Program-made: the position numbers and the translations under genes
Shown: piece by piece, positions 44,073 to 53,851 of the stretch
Layout: the number at the start of each line of letters is the position of its first letter
How positions within the stretch are numbered: position 1 is the first letter of the stretch
NCBI GenBank assembly: GCA_030431975.1
Contig: JAUIHP010000014.1
Location: forward strand, 38,235-102,234
Direction: 5' to 3'
From: a bacterium
GTDB lineage: Bacteria > Eisenbacteria > RBG-16-71-46 > CAIMUX01
Length of the DNA: 64,000 nucleotides
The notes under the pieces: generated by a model
Told to the model about the DNA's origin: nothing
The model's input: the letters and a program-made list of their open reading frames with translations, nothing else
Databases searched by the model: none

Positions 44073-46298
44073 ATGAGCATCTCTAGTTGTGGACGGAAGA
44101 TTGCGGACGGGATGGGGCTTTGTGTTTCAGCGCGGCGGCCGTTTCGGCGACGACTCACCGTCGTCCTTCTGGGGCTGCTGTCGTTAAGCTCTTTCACTTC
44201 GGTCGGTGCGACGATTCGGCCGGTCGCGGCGTGGGGAGAGGAGGGGTCTGGGCCTGGAGAATTCCGGTTTCCTTCGAAGATCGCGGTCTCCTCAGACGGA
44301 CACGTTTTCGTCTCCGACACCGAGAACCACCGAGTCCAGGTTTTCGATTCGCTGGGAGAACCCATCCGTCAATGGGGAGAGGAAGGCACGGGACCGGGCC
44401 AGTTCAGTTGGCCGCAGGGGATCTTCCTTCTCCGTCACTCGGTTCTCGTCGTCGACGCCAACAACCACCGGATTCAGGAATTCACGTACGACGGGACTTT
44501 CGTTCGGACGATCGGCCGGCAAGGAAGTGGCCGTGGTGAGTTCTTCTATCCCAACGATGTTGCGGTCGACGAGCACGGGAACTTCTACGTGTCCGAGGAA
44601 GGGAACGGCCGCATCCAGAAGTTCGACCCGGATTGGAGTTTCCTGCGGACTTGGGGGAACTCCGAGGATGGTAGTTCCGAGTTCGCACGACCCGGCGATC
44701 TCGCCATTCGCGGTTCCAGAATCTACGTCTCGGACCAACTCAATCATCGCGTCGCCGTTTTCGATCTCGACGGTCGGCCGATCGGAAGCTGGGGGGATCA
44801 GTACAACTCAGGAAACGAGCCGGGCCAGTTTCATTGGCCGTGCGGGATCGCACTTGGGCCGAACTATGCTTTCGTGGTGGATCAGTTCAATCACCGAGTC
44901 CAGATGTTGGATATGAATGGACAGCCGATTCTCAACTGGGGGAGGGCCGGTCGCGATCCGGGGCGGTTTCTCTTTCCCCTCGACGTCGCCATCGGACCCG
45001 ACGGTCGGATCTTCGTTCTGGAGTACACAGGCGGCCGAGTCCAGGTGTTCCAGTGGACGACCGCTGAAGACATCGGGGTGAAATTTCAGCATGACTTTGG
45101 GGAGCGCGGCTCCCAGCCCGGTCAGTTTCTCGTACCTGGCGATGTCGCGGTGGCTATGGATGGAACGGTCTTCGTCTCCGAGAGGGAGGGAAATCGGATC
45201 CAGCGGTTTACGCCGGACGGAGAGTTCCTCGGGACCTGGGGCGAGCACGGAGTGGGCGACAGCCGTTTTCGTGGTCCGAGAGGGATCACCGTGTCGGATG
45301 ACGATCGGGTCTACGTCGTCGATCGAGGCGGAAACACGATCAAGACGTTCGATCTCGAGGGGAACTTTCTCTTCAAGTGGGGTGGCTTTGGACGGTCTTC
45401 CGGTCGATTTAACGAGCCCTACGGAATCGGAAACGACCGGTTTGGAAACGTCTATGTTTCGGACCAAAGAAACCATCGAGTACAGAAGTTCGATGCGGAA
45501 GGTGAGTTCGTACGGGAGTGGGGCGGCCAGGGAACAGACTCCGGTCTGTTTCTGAGACCAGGGGGCGTGGCCGTGAGCCGCGAGGGAATCGTCTACGTGA
45601 TCGACACGGGCAACACGCGTGTGCAGATGTTCAGCCCGGACGGGGGATACCTCTATGAGTGGGGGCGGTACGGTGCCGAGGGAGAGCGTTTGATCCAGCC
45701 GGTCGGTATTGCGGTGGCCCCGACTGGATACGTCTACGTTTCGGACTTCGGAGATCGCAGAGTCAAGGTCTTCGACGAGTTCGGTACCTTCCTCTTCCAT
45801 TGGGGCGGGATTGGTTGGGGAGACGGTCTCTTCGATGGGCTGGCAGGTCTCGGTGTCGGACAGGACGGCGCCGTCTACGTAACCGAGGCATGGTATGCCG
45901 AGGTGCAGGTCTTCGAGCCGTTCTTCGCCGAAGAGGCCGTCGACCTCAGCTCGGACTACGACATCGTCGGGCCGGTTGGAAAGGAGTCCGTTTCATCGGG
46001 GACGGTTGCCGCTGCGAAGTCCGAGCTCACGTCGTCGCGACTACCGGTCCGGGTGATGGAGAATCCCTGCCGAGGAGCGATCGCTTTCGAGCTTCAGGCG
46101 GGTACCGGTCCGGTCCGTCTTTCGATCCACGATGTCCGGGGCCGAAAGCTCCATTCGTCATGGCAGGAGCGCTCCGCTGCGGGGCCTCGTCGTTTCGTTT
46201 GGGAGGGACCCTGGCAGGGCGTCTCACCGGGTACCTATTTCTACCGCTGGGAGTCGGAAGACCAATCGTCCGCAGGGAAGGTCACCGTCGTTCGGTGA
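44073..46298 (+). CDS. Large NHL-repeat beta-propeller protein (>=2 six-bladed propellers) with Por/T9SS C-terminal sorting domain
   Basis: Signal peptide; ~12 NHL units (G.G.G.GEF..P.GIAV…NHRVQVFD); C-terminal CTD (…VRVMENPCRGAIAFELQAGTGPVRLSIHDVRGRKL…GTYFYRWESED…). The ORF extends upstream to 43851, but the first ATG with a GGAGGAG RBS is at 44073. Confidence 0.8.
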   Translation: MSISSCGRKIADGMGLCVSARRPFRRRLTVVLLGLLSLSSFTSVGATIRPVAAWGEEGSGPGEFRFPSKIAVSSDGHVFVSDTENHRVQVFDSLGEPIRQWGEEGTGPGQFSWPQGIFLLRHSVLVVDANNHRIQEFTYDGTFVRTIGRQGSGRGEFFYPNDVAVDEHGNFYVSEEGNGRIQKFDPDWSFLRTWGNSEDGSSEFARPGDLAIRGSRIYVSDQLNHRVAVFDLDGRPIGSWGDQYNSGNEPGQFHWPCGIALGPNYAFVVDQFNHRVQMLDMNGQPILNWGRAGRDPGRFLFPLDVAIGPDGRIFVLEYTGGRVQVFQWTTAEDIGVKFQHDFGERGSQPGQFLVPGDVAVAMDGTVFVSEREGNRIQRFTPDGEFLGTWGEHGVGDSRFRGPRGITVSDDDRVYVVDRGGNTIKTFDLEGNFLFKWGGFGRSSGRFNEPYGIGNDRFGNVYVSDQRNHRVQKFDAEGEFVREWGGQGTDSGLFLRPGGVAVSREGIVYVIDTGNTRVQMFSPDGGYLYEWGRYGAEGERLIQPVGIAVAPTGYVYVSDFGDRRVKVFDEFGTFLFHWGGIGWGDGLFDGLAGLGVGQDGAVYVTEAWYAEVQVFEPFFAEEAVDLSSDYDIVGPVGKESVSSGTVAAAKSELTSSRLPVRVMENPCRGAIAFELQAGTGPVRLSIHDVRGRKLHSSWQERSAAGPRRFVWEGPWQGVSPGTYFYRWESEDQSSAGKVTVVR

Positions 46299-46372
46299 TC
46301 CGTTGACAGCCCGGGACCCGGCGTCTTAGGCTGCGATGCAGCCGGGATTAGTCGAGCTTTTGCAAGCCTTCG

Positions 46373-47935
46373 ATGGGAGCGGATGTGGCGGATACTCCTC
46401 GCGATCAATGGAAGTCCAAACTCGGGTTCATCCTGGCGGCTTCCGGTTCCGCCATCGGTCTCGGCAACATCGTCTTCTTCAGCGCGAATGCCTACAAGTA
46501 CGGCGCCGGCGCGTTCTACGTCCCTTACCTGATCGCGCTCTTCCTGCTTGGCATCCCTGTCATGATCATGGAACTGGGGATTGGGCACCGCGCGCAACGG
46601 GCCTATCCTGAAGCGATGTACCGAATCGGCGGGATCAAGGGCGAGTGGATCGGCTGGTTCGGGCTCCTCAACGCCAGCGTCATCACGATGTACTACATCA
46701 CGATTCTGGGCTGGGTGCTGGGGATGTGGATCGGCGCTTTCGGTTCCTTGTGGGAGCCACAGGCCGTTCCTGCTTTCGACCTGCCATCCGGAACGCTCTC
46801 GAACTCGATGTCGTATTTCTTCGACATGATTTCCAAGTTCGAGACCGTTGCCTACGTCGTCATCGTTTGGATTCTCAACGCGGCAATCGTCTGGTCAGGG
46901 ACGAAGTCGATCGAGCGCGCGGTCAAAGTGTTCGTCCCGTTGATGTGGATCTTCATGATCGTCCTCATCTTCCGCGGCATCACGCTTCCGGACGGACCGC
47001 AGGGAATCATGCTGCTCTTTACCCCGGACTTTGAAGTCATGAAGGACTTCGAAGTATGGCAGGGCGCGTTCTCCCAGATCTTCTTCACCCTGTCCCTGGG
47101 CTTCGGAATCATGGCCACCTACGCGTCCTACCTTCCGAAGAAGTCGGATCAGTCGTCGAACGCGTTGACCATCTCGTTCATGAACTGTGCCTTCGAGTAC
47201 ATCGCGGGGCTGGCCATCTTTGCGATTCTCTTTGCCTTCGCCATCGTTCCCAAGGCGTCGACGCTCAGCATGACCTTTTTCGTTCTGCCCGAAGGAATCG
47301 GTTCGTTCCCGGTTGGGGTGCAGCTCTTCGGGATCATGTTCTTCACGCTACTCCTGACGGCCGGACTGACGTCCTCGGTCTCGCTGGTGGAGGCCCTGGC
47401 CGCCGGGGTCATCGACAAGTTCAATCTGCCGAGAAAGACCGTTGTCCTTATCGTTTCGGCCATCGGAGTCATTGGATCCGTCATGTTTGCCCTTCCGATG
47501 GTCATCGATCCCGGATTGGCCGGGAACGGGACCTTGGGTCTGACCCTCCTCGACTTTTTCGACCACTGGGCGTTCTCCTACGGGCTGCTCATTTGCGGTC
47601 TTCTCGAGTGCCTGCTGGTCGGTTGGGTGTTGGGGCCGGAGAAGCTTCGGGAGTCGATCAATCCGCACGCCAAGATCAAGGTCGGACCGATCTTCGACTG
47701 GATGATCAAGGTCGTGATTCCTGCCGTCATCCTCGTCATCCTCGGGTTCTCCATAAAGAACGAGATGTCGGGCGACGGCCTCTACGGAGGTACGACGGAG
47801 ACCGGCACCATGCAGAATCTTCACGTCCTCGTCCTGGCCGGTTGGCTCGTCTTCACCATTCTTGGGGCCATGGCGCTGACCGCAGCGGGTGGTTTCCGTC
47901 GGCGGTCCGACGCCGGAGGCGATTCGGATGTCTAA
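46373..47935 (+). CDS. Neurotransmitter:sodium symporter (NSS/SNF) family transporter
   Basis: WKSKLGFILAASGSAIGLGNIVFFSANAYKYGAGAFYVPYLIALFLLGIPVMIMELGIGHRAQ is the NSS signature; ~12 TM helices. Confidence 0.85.
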   Translation: MGADVADTPRDQWKSKLGFILAASGSAIGLGNIVFFSANAYKYGAGAFYVPYLIALFLLGIPVMIMELGIGHRAQRAYPEAMYRIGGIKGEWIGWFGLLNASVITMYYITILGWVLGMWIGAFGSLWEPQAVPAFDLPSGTLSNSMSYFFDMISKFETVAYVVIVWILNAAIVWSGTKSIERAVKVFVPLMWIFMIVLIFRGITLPDGPQGIMLLFTPDFEVMKDFEVWQGAFSQIFFTLSLGFGIMATYASYLPKKSDQSSNALTISFMNCAFEYIAGLAIFAILFAFAIVPKASTLSMTFFVLPEGIGSFPVGVQLFGIMFFTLLLTAGLTSSVSLVEALAAGVIDKFNLPRKTVVLIVSAIGVIGSVMFALPMVIDPGLAGNGTLGLTLLDFFDHWAFSYGLLICGLLECLLVGWVLGPEKLRESINPHAKIKVGPIFDWMIKVVIPAVILVILGFSIKNEMSGDGLYGGTTETGTMQNLHVLVLAGWLVFTILGAMALTAAGGFRRRSDAGGDSDV

Positions 47936-48365
47936 GAGTACCGTGCTTTTCTCTGCGGCTTGGTTGGCGCTACTCCTCTTCGGCATGGGCCTTCGGTCCG
48001 TGACCGCGGCCGATCTTGAACTCGCGCTGGAACATCCGACACGCGGAGAGGCCGTCGAGGTACGGCTAACCGGCGTCGAGAGTGCGGCTGGGGTTCAGCT
48101 GACGGCCGCTTACCGTCCCGGAAGTGCGACCGAGGTTTCAGAAACCGTCGGAATTTTCGGAAGCGACGGGGTTCTCCAGTGGTCGCCGACCGATGCGGGC
48201 CTTTCCGTTCTTTCGGCCAACTCGGGAGACGAGAGTCTCGCCTCTCGGAACGTCTCGATTCGCTTCGACTCCACGCCTCCACTGGGGATGCTCATTCTCC
48301 TTCTTGCCGGATTGCTCCTCTTCGGCGGGACGACCGTCATGCTGCGTCGAGCATTGGAGGCGTAG
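47928..48365 (+). CDS. Small membrane protein (hypothetical), start overlapping the transporter stop
   Basis: N-terminal signal/TM (MSKSTVLFSAAWLALLLFGMGL) and C-terminal TM (LGMLILLLAGLLLFGG). Start ATG at 47928 overlaps the transporter stop. Confidence 0.45.
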   Translation: MSKSTVLFSAAWLALLLFGMGLRSVTAADLELALEHPTRGEAVEVRLTGVESAAGVQLTAAYRPGSATEVSETVGIFGSDGVLQWSPTDAGLSVLSANSGDESLASRNVSIRFDSTPPLGMLILLLAGLLLFGGTTVMLRRALEA

Positions 48366-48425
48366 CCACCGCACCTGCTAGACTCCCCGCTTTCACCGTT
48401 TGTTTTGTGGAGGGGTCGCACGCCT

Positions 48426-49649
48426 ATGGTTGTCTCCAAAGATCAGTTCAATAGCAGCAGTGGAAATCTGCTCAACCACGTGCCGTCGGTCAATCTCGGG
48501 GCGTTCGACGTGTCCCACGACGCGAAGACGCACAAGCTCGAGATCAGGATCAAGGTCCACCTCGTTCCGGCTCCGGACTCACAGCTGCAGCTGACGAAGT
48601 TTGCCACCGAGTACAAGAAGCAGATCCCGCAGATCTGGAACAAGAAGGCCAAGATCGTCTGCACGAAGACGGGCTGGGACGACGTCTACTACGAGCCCAC
48701 GTTCGTCGTCGATGTCGTCGGTCTTTCGGACTGTCACTTTCGGGTCGAAGTGACGCCGGAGACCGAGTCCGATCACCTCATGGGGCCCGTCGCCGTAGTG
48801 ACTCCTGATGCGATTGCCGGGGCGACCGACGGGTTCGCTCCGCGGTCCGCCTCGTTCGGCGCCCAGGCCACGGTGAGCAAAGAGATCGGCGCTTATCGGC
48901 GGAACATCATCTATGACCTGTCCAAGGCGCCGATCCAGGTCGTGCTGCAAAAGTCGCCGCTGCAGGATCCGGTCGGCCGGCAGCAGTTGGAAAAGTTCGC
49001 TCGGGAGATCATGCACCTCAAGGTGCCGCGAAAGTTTCGATCTTCGCGTCGACCCAAGCTGACGATCGAGGGTTGCGGCACCGGCGATCGTGCGAAACGG
49101 GCCAAGGACGCGGCAACCTATCTGAAAGCCTGTGGTCTCAAGAACACCATGACGGAGAAGGCCGACGGTCCCGCGACGGGTGAGCCGAGCGTGAAGTTGT
49201 TCTTCGACAAGCAGGAGCTGGTCAATCTGTTCCCGGAAAAGTCCGCAAGCTCCAAGAGTCTCTTCAAGCAGGTCACCGTGGCGCACGAGCTCGGCCACAT
49301 GTTGGGGCTACCGGACGAGTACCTTTGCATGCATGCGCGGACGGACGATGCCATGCAGGGCATCTACTCGATGACGGCGCCACAGGTGAAGTCGTTCAAA
49401 GGGCACGGACTCTCGATCGGCGACGTCAAGACGGTGGACGGAGTCGAGGTCGTGCCTCACATCGTTCAGCACCAGACGGCCTTCGTCCAGCTCTGCTCCA
49501 GGGCCAAGGTCAACCCACCGGAGTTCGGGCGCATGACTTCCAGCATGATGTCCAACGGTATGGTCCTGCACCCGCATCACTTTGTGACAATCTGGGAAGC
49601 AGTTTGTCAGTTCTCGGGGTTTGAGGACTGGAGAGTTCAGGTTCTCTAG
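48426..49649 (+). CDS. Zinc metalloprotease, M64 (IgA-peptidase)-like HExxHxxGLxDEY motif, no signal peptide
   Basis: HELGHMLGLPDEY motif; GGAGGGG RBS before ATG 48426; N-terminus MVVSKDQFNSSSGNLLNHVPSVNLG is Ser/Asn-rich with no hydrophobic core. Confidence 0.6.
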   Translation: MVVSKDQFNSSSGNLLNHVPSVNLGAFDVSHDAKTHKLEIRIKVHLVPAPDSQLQLTKFATEYKKQIPQIWNKKAKIVCTKTGWDDVYYEPTFVVDVVGLSDCHFRVEVTPETESDHLMGPVAVVTPDAIAGATDGFAPRSASFGAQATVSKEIGAYRRNIIYDLSKAPIQVVLQKSPLQDPVGRQQLEKFAREIMHLKVPRKFRSSRRPKLTIEGCGTGDRAKRAKDAATYLKACGLKNTMTEKADGPATGEPSVKLFFDKQELVNLFPEKSASSKSLFKQVTVAHELGHMLGLPDEYLCMHARTDDAMQGIYSMTAPQVKSFKGHGLSIGDVKTVDGVEVVPHIVQHQTAFVQLCSRAKVNPPEFGRMTSSMMSNGMVLHPHHFVTIWEAVCQFSGFEDWRVQVL

Positions 49650-49681
49650 CCCAGCGAGTGCGCCCGAGAAGGAGGTTTCAA

Positions 49682-52582
49682 ATGAGACGGTTGGCAATGG
49701 TTCTGGGAGTCCTGCTTCTTTTGGTGGTCGGGGCGATCCTTGTGCTGCCCCGTCTTGTCTCCGAGGAGATGTTGCGTGCCCGGTTGGTGAGCGCACTCGA
49801 AGGGCAGCTCGAACGTCCCGTCTCGCTGGAGGGCGTAGGTTTCGGCTTCCGCCCGGTTCCGTCGCTGCACGCTGAGGGCGTCACCTTGGGACGGACGCCG
49901 AAACAGCCGCAGGAAGTTCATGTCGAGAGTCTCGACCTTTTTCTGGCCCTCCGGCCTTTGCTGAAACGGCAGGTCGAGGTGAAGAGCCTTTCGATCGATG
50001 GACTGAGAGCCGACGTCTACCTCGTGGACGAGCCGGATCCGGAGGGCGAGTCGGCGGAGTCGACACCCGGAGGAAAGGCCGGTGGATCGGTCGGTGGGTC
50101 CGCGGGCGACACAGCGACGGGCGACACGGCGACAGGCGACACAGCGACAGGCGACACAGCGACAGGCGACACAGCGACAGGCGACACAGCGACAGGCGGC
50201 ACGACGACGGGTAACGCCCGTGAAGGCTATGCCGTCAACATCGAGGCGTTCGTTCTGCGCAACGGCGAAGTCCGCGTCCTTCGTGGGGACGAAGTCGTCC
50301 TGCGGCTGACCGGACTGGAAGAAGATCTCTCCGCCACCCTGACACCCGCCGGCAAGCTGGAGCTGGCTGGGGAGACGCGGGTTGCGGACTGGGAGTTGAA
50401 CACGCCGACGGGCCGCTTTGGACGAGAGATGCCGGGCGTGTTGCAAAAGTCGCTGAGCTACGACCCATCCCAGGAGCTTCTGCAGATCGACGAAGCCTCG
50501 CTGAAGTTGGGTGATCTTCCCATTGCCCTGCGTGGAAGCGTCGAACAGCTTTCCGACGTACCGCAGCTGAATCTTTCCTTCGAGGGTGGGCCGGCTGAGT
50601 TGTCGAACATCGTCGGGCTGCTTCCATCTTCGTGGATCGAACAGGCGGCGGGGATTCAGTCATCAGGACGCGTGTCGGTACAGGGCACGGTCGCGGGGCC
50701 GGTCGGTCCGGGCGTGGAACCGAACTTCGGATTCACTCTGGACCTGGCGGATGGGAAGGTGTCCGGAGGCGAGCTTCCGGCTGCGATCGAACAGATCGCG
50801 GCGCGCTTGCTCCTGAGTCCGAGTGAAGTCGAGATCGAGACTCTTACGCTCAAGAGTCAGGACTCGGACCTCGATGTGCGTGGAACGGTGAGCAACTATC
50901 GCGAGAAGCCGAAGCTTGACCTCGCGGTGGACGGGAATCTCGACCTGGCGATGGTAACCGCTATGCAGGCGGATCCGAACGCGCCACGGTTGGGCGGGCG
51001 AGCGGTCGTCCAGGGCGTTGTCCGGGGTGATCTGCCTGAGGTGTCGGCCAAGACGACCGGCCGGTCCGACCGCGCCGGCGGCACCAGCACCAGCACCAGC
51101 ACCAGCACCGGGTCCGGCTCCGGCAGTGCGATGCCGGGGAGCGCTAGTTCTCTCGATCTTCTGAGCGGACTCGAGACACTGGCCACGTTCGATCTGCGAG
51201 GTGTTTCGGTGGACGGTCTGGAGCACCCGATTCGCGGGCTGGGCGGCAAGGGTTCACTTCGAAACCAGGCACTTCGTGTCGAAGGCCTCGCCTTTCGCGT
51301 CGGCGAAAGTGACCTGCAGTTCGACGGAACCGTCGATGACTACCGCGCACTGATTCCCGAACCGGGAAACACCGTGAAGTCGAAAGCCGACGTCACTCTT
51401 CGCTCGTCCCTGCTCGACCTCGACGCGTTTCAGCCGACGGCGAACGGTGCGGCCTCGAGTCGCGGCGGGGCTTCGGGCACGGGTGCTTCAGGCACGGGTA
51501 GCACGGGCGCCACAGGTGATTCCGGCGCTGGCGGCGAATCCGGAACGTCGAAGGGTGCCGCGGAAGCCACGGGCTTCGAATTGTTCGCCGACCTTCTCGG
51601 AAGGCTTCGAGGCCCGGTTCGGCTCGATATCGACAATGCTCGCCTTCAGAGAATCAACTGGAACAACGTTCAGGCGCAGGGCTCGGTCACCGACGGAGTG
51701 ATCGACGTCACGGGTCTGGTTGCGAAGGCGTTCTCGGGAACGGTCACGATGCGAGGCGACATCGATGTTCGAAACACCGAGCGTCCGCGGTTCGATCTCA
51801 GTATCGGCGCCTCGGAAGTCGCCGCCGCAGAATTCCTGACCTCGAACCCGGGTCTGGCCAAGCTCTCGGGTCTAGGTGGTTTCTTCAAAGGCAAGATGGA
51901 GTTTCGGGCCGATGCTGCAGGTGCGCTTGCCAAGGACCTGTCCCTCGACGTTCGTGCGTTGACGTCTGCCGGAGATCTGCAGGTGCGCGATGGCGAACTC
52001 AGCGGCCATCCGGCGCAGCTGGCTCTTTCGACCTACCTGAACCAAACGGATCTTCAGCGGCTACCGATTCGGGACTGGTTGCAGCCGTTCCGGATCCGCA
52101 ATGGTCGTGTCGAGTTCGAAGACCTTCGCGTACAAGCGGGAGACTTCACGCTGATCGGAAACGGATTCACGGGATTGGACGGCGAGATGGGTTTGCGCGG
52201 AGAGTTGCAGATTCCGGAGGCAAAGGTCGGCGCGTTGCGTTCCAAGCTCCCCGCAGCCGCACAGAAGATTCTTCTCGGTGACGGCGCGGGGCCGGTGTTG
52301 CTACCGGTCAAGGTGACGGGACCGGTCAACAAGCCCGCGGTGCAGATCGACGACGAGAAGTTGACGGCGCGCGCACGGGCGCAGGCAGAAGCCGAGGTCC
52401 AGCGGAAGAAGGATGAACTCAAAGACAAAGCGCGCAAGGGAATCGAAGACAAAGCCGGTGACCTCCTCAACGATGTGTTGGGCGGAAAGACGCGTAAGGA
52501 CTCGACGTCGGCTGCTGCGGACACGACGCGAACGGTGGAGAAAGAGGTTCGCGGACTGATCAAGGGATTGTTCGGCAAGTAG
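49682..52582 (+). CDS. AsmA-family outer-membrane assembly protein (AsmA/TamB-like), N-terminal anchor, internal low-complexity repeats
   Basis: N-terminal TM (MRRLAMVLGVLLLLVVGAILVLPRLV); AsmA-like N-domain (…LEGVGFGFRPVPSLHAEGVTLG…); ~960 aa; GDTAT x6, (TS)n and G/S/T/A-rich tracts. Confidence 0.75.
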   Translation: MRRLAMVLGVLLLLVVGAILVLPRLVSEEMLRARLVSALEGQLERPVSLEGVGFGFRPVPSLHAEGVTLGRTPKQPQEVHVESLDLFLALRPLLKRQVEVKSLSIDGLRADVYLVDEPDPEGESAESTPGGKAGGSVGGSAGDTATGDTATGDTATGDTATGDTATGDTATGGTTTGNAREGYAVNIEAFVLRNGEVRVLRGDEVVLRLTGLEEDLSATLTPAGKLELAGETRVADWELNTPTGRFGREMPGVLQKSLSYDPSQELLQIDEASLKLGDLPIALRGSVEQLSDVPQLNLSFEGGPAELSNIVGLLPSSWIEQAAGIQSSGRVSVQGTVAGPVGPGVEPNFGFTLDLADGKVSGGELPAAIEQIAARLLLSPSEVEIETLTLKSQDSDLDVRGTVSNYREKPKLDLAVDGNLDLAMVTAMQADPNAPRLGGRAVVQGVVRGDLPEVSAKTTGRSDRAGGTSTSTSTSTGSGSGSAMPGSASSLDLLSGLETLATFDLRGVSVDGLEHPIRGLGGKGSLRNQALRVEGLAFRVGESDLQFDGTVDDYRALIPEPGNTVKSKADVTLRSSLLDLDAFQPTANGAASSRGGASGTGASGTGSTGATGDSGAGGESGTSKGAAEATGFELFADLLGRLRGPVRLDIDNARLQRINWNNVQAQGSVTDGVIDVTGLVAKAFSGTVTMRGDIDVRNTERPRFDLSIGASEVAAAEFLTSNPGLAKLSGLGGFFKGKMEFRADAAGALAKDLSLDVRALTSAGDLQVRDGELSGHPAQLALSTYLNQTDLQRLPIRDWLQPFRIRNGRVEFEDLRVQAGDFTLIGNGFTGLDGEMGLRGELQIPEAKVGALRSKLPAAAQKILLGDGAGPVLLPVKVTGPVNKPAVQIDDEKLTARARAQAEAEVQRKKDELKDKARKGIEDKAGDLLNDVLGGKTRKDSTSAAADTTRTVEKEVRGLIKGLFGK
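50105..50209. repeat. Tandem 15-bp repeat x7 (ggcgacacagcgaca) encoding (GDTAT)n inside the AsmA-family gene
   Basis: Read directly from the sequence; an adjacent (accagc)x5 tract at ~51081-51110 encodes (TS)n. Confidence 0.85.
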
Positions 52583-52763
52583 GCTTGCGTTCGGCCTGCA
52601 CCTTCTCTCGCTCTCCTTGCTTCTCCACTGACGCGGGTCGCGCTTCGTGCGACGAAAGAAAAAACAACACGAGCTGTATCTCCGTGACTCCTGCCAGCCC
52701 TGTAAGACGGCTGGCCAAAAAGACGAAGAAAAACATCTTGGTTCTCTTTGAAGGAGTCACGAA

Positions 52764-53432
52764 ATGTACATGCGACGTTTGCTCAGTCTGACCATTGTTC
52801 TTTGCTCTACGGCCATCCTCTTCGCTTGTTCTGAGAGTACGACCGAACCGTCCGAGTCCGTACAGTCCGAACCCACTCTGTCTGAGACGATGGGACCCGC
52901 AACCACCGCCGTCCCCGTTCCGCAGATCAAACAGTACTATCCCCTCAGCTGCGACCGCGTGAACGATCTGCTTGCGTCCGTGCAGCAACTCATCAATCAG
53001 GGTGTCGTTCCTCAGTCGACCTACAACCAGATCGTGCGGAACCGGAACCGTCTCTGTAACGACGATCAGTATTTCTATGACTTTGTTACCGGCGTGAACT
53101 TCACCTTCGGTCGTTCCGAGAATCGCGGCGGCGGCGGAACGATGGACGGCGTGGAATGGCGTCTCGAGAACATCTTCGGCGGCAAGGTCGGTGGAGGAAA
53201 ACTCCACGTGACGCATGACGGCAACGGCAACATCGTCGGCTTCACCGCGTCGGGTGGTGTAGCACTCGGCGAGGCTGAGGCCAAGGAAGTCGGATGCTGG
53301 ACGGAGAGCTGTCCGGGCGGCGGCAGCCAGGATTGTTGCTCCTACCAGATCGAGTGGACCCAGAGCTATGCCTGGATCATCGAGAACATCGTCAAGAGCG
53401 AGCCGGAAGACTTTTGCGCTCCCTGTCCCTAG
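52764..53432 (+). CDS. Cys-rich hypothetical lipoprotein (lower-GC gene)
   Basis: GAAGGAG RBS; lipobox (LCSTAILFACSES); 11 Cys. Local GC is roughly 55% against ~68% for the window. Confidence 0.55.
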   Translation: MYMRRLLSLTIVLCSTAILFACSESTTEPSESVQSEPTLSETMGPATTAVPVPQIKQYYPLSCDRVNDLLASVQQLINQGVVPQSTYNQIVRNRNRLCNDDQYFYDFVTGVNFTFGRSENRGGGGTMDGVEWRLENIFGGKVGGGKLHVTHDGNGNIVGFTASGGVALGEAEAKEVGCWTESCPGGGSQDCCSYQIEWTQSYAWIIENIVKSEPEDFCAPCP

Positions 53433-53452
53433 TCTGAAGGGCAGAGAGACCA

Positions 53453-53495
53453 AGAAGGGGCTGGGCCGTTGAGGTCTGGCCCCTTCTGGTTTGTG
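53453..53495 (+). terminator. Putative intrinsic terminator hairpin after the lipoprotein gene
   Basis: agaaggggc…(loop)…gccccttct 9-bp GC-rich stem followed by GGTTTGTG. The T-tract is weak. Confidence 0.4.
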
Positions 53496-53851
53496 CGGAG
53501 TTCGGGATCCAGGTCCCTGCCGGGTCACTGGTCGTCATTGGTCCTAGTGCGCTTGTCCAGGCACGAGGCTCCGTCTCGCTCTATGCGCGAAAATCCGCGT
53601 TTTCTGCGGAAATTCCGACATGGAACCAGTAAGGGGGCAGGAATCATGTTGAAATGTCCGCACTTATAGGGTCGAGTCCACTGAGAGTCGCCGGGGGCGT
53701 TGAGCCTGGTTCGCTCTTTGGTGGCGTGAATCCACCAAGTCAATCGGCGAAGGGCAATCGTGCCGAAGCTACGAGTCGGAAAGTCTTGCAACACCGTGTA
53801 GTCTCCACTTCACGGAGCTGTTCTTGGAACCGATGCGGCAAGGAGCCATTT

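Noticed and set aside
46373-47935. Possibility that a large polytopic ORF is the missing SctV/FlhA
   Set aside because: The NSS transporter signature (GSAIGLGNIVFFS…GGAFYVPY) is unambiguous. The other large membrane protein (28686-30467) has GT-C-like topology and no FHIPEP motifs. No SctV candidate in the window.
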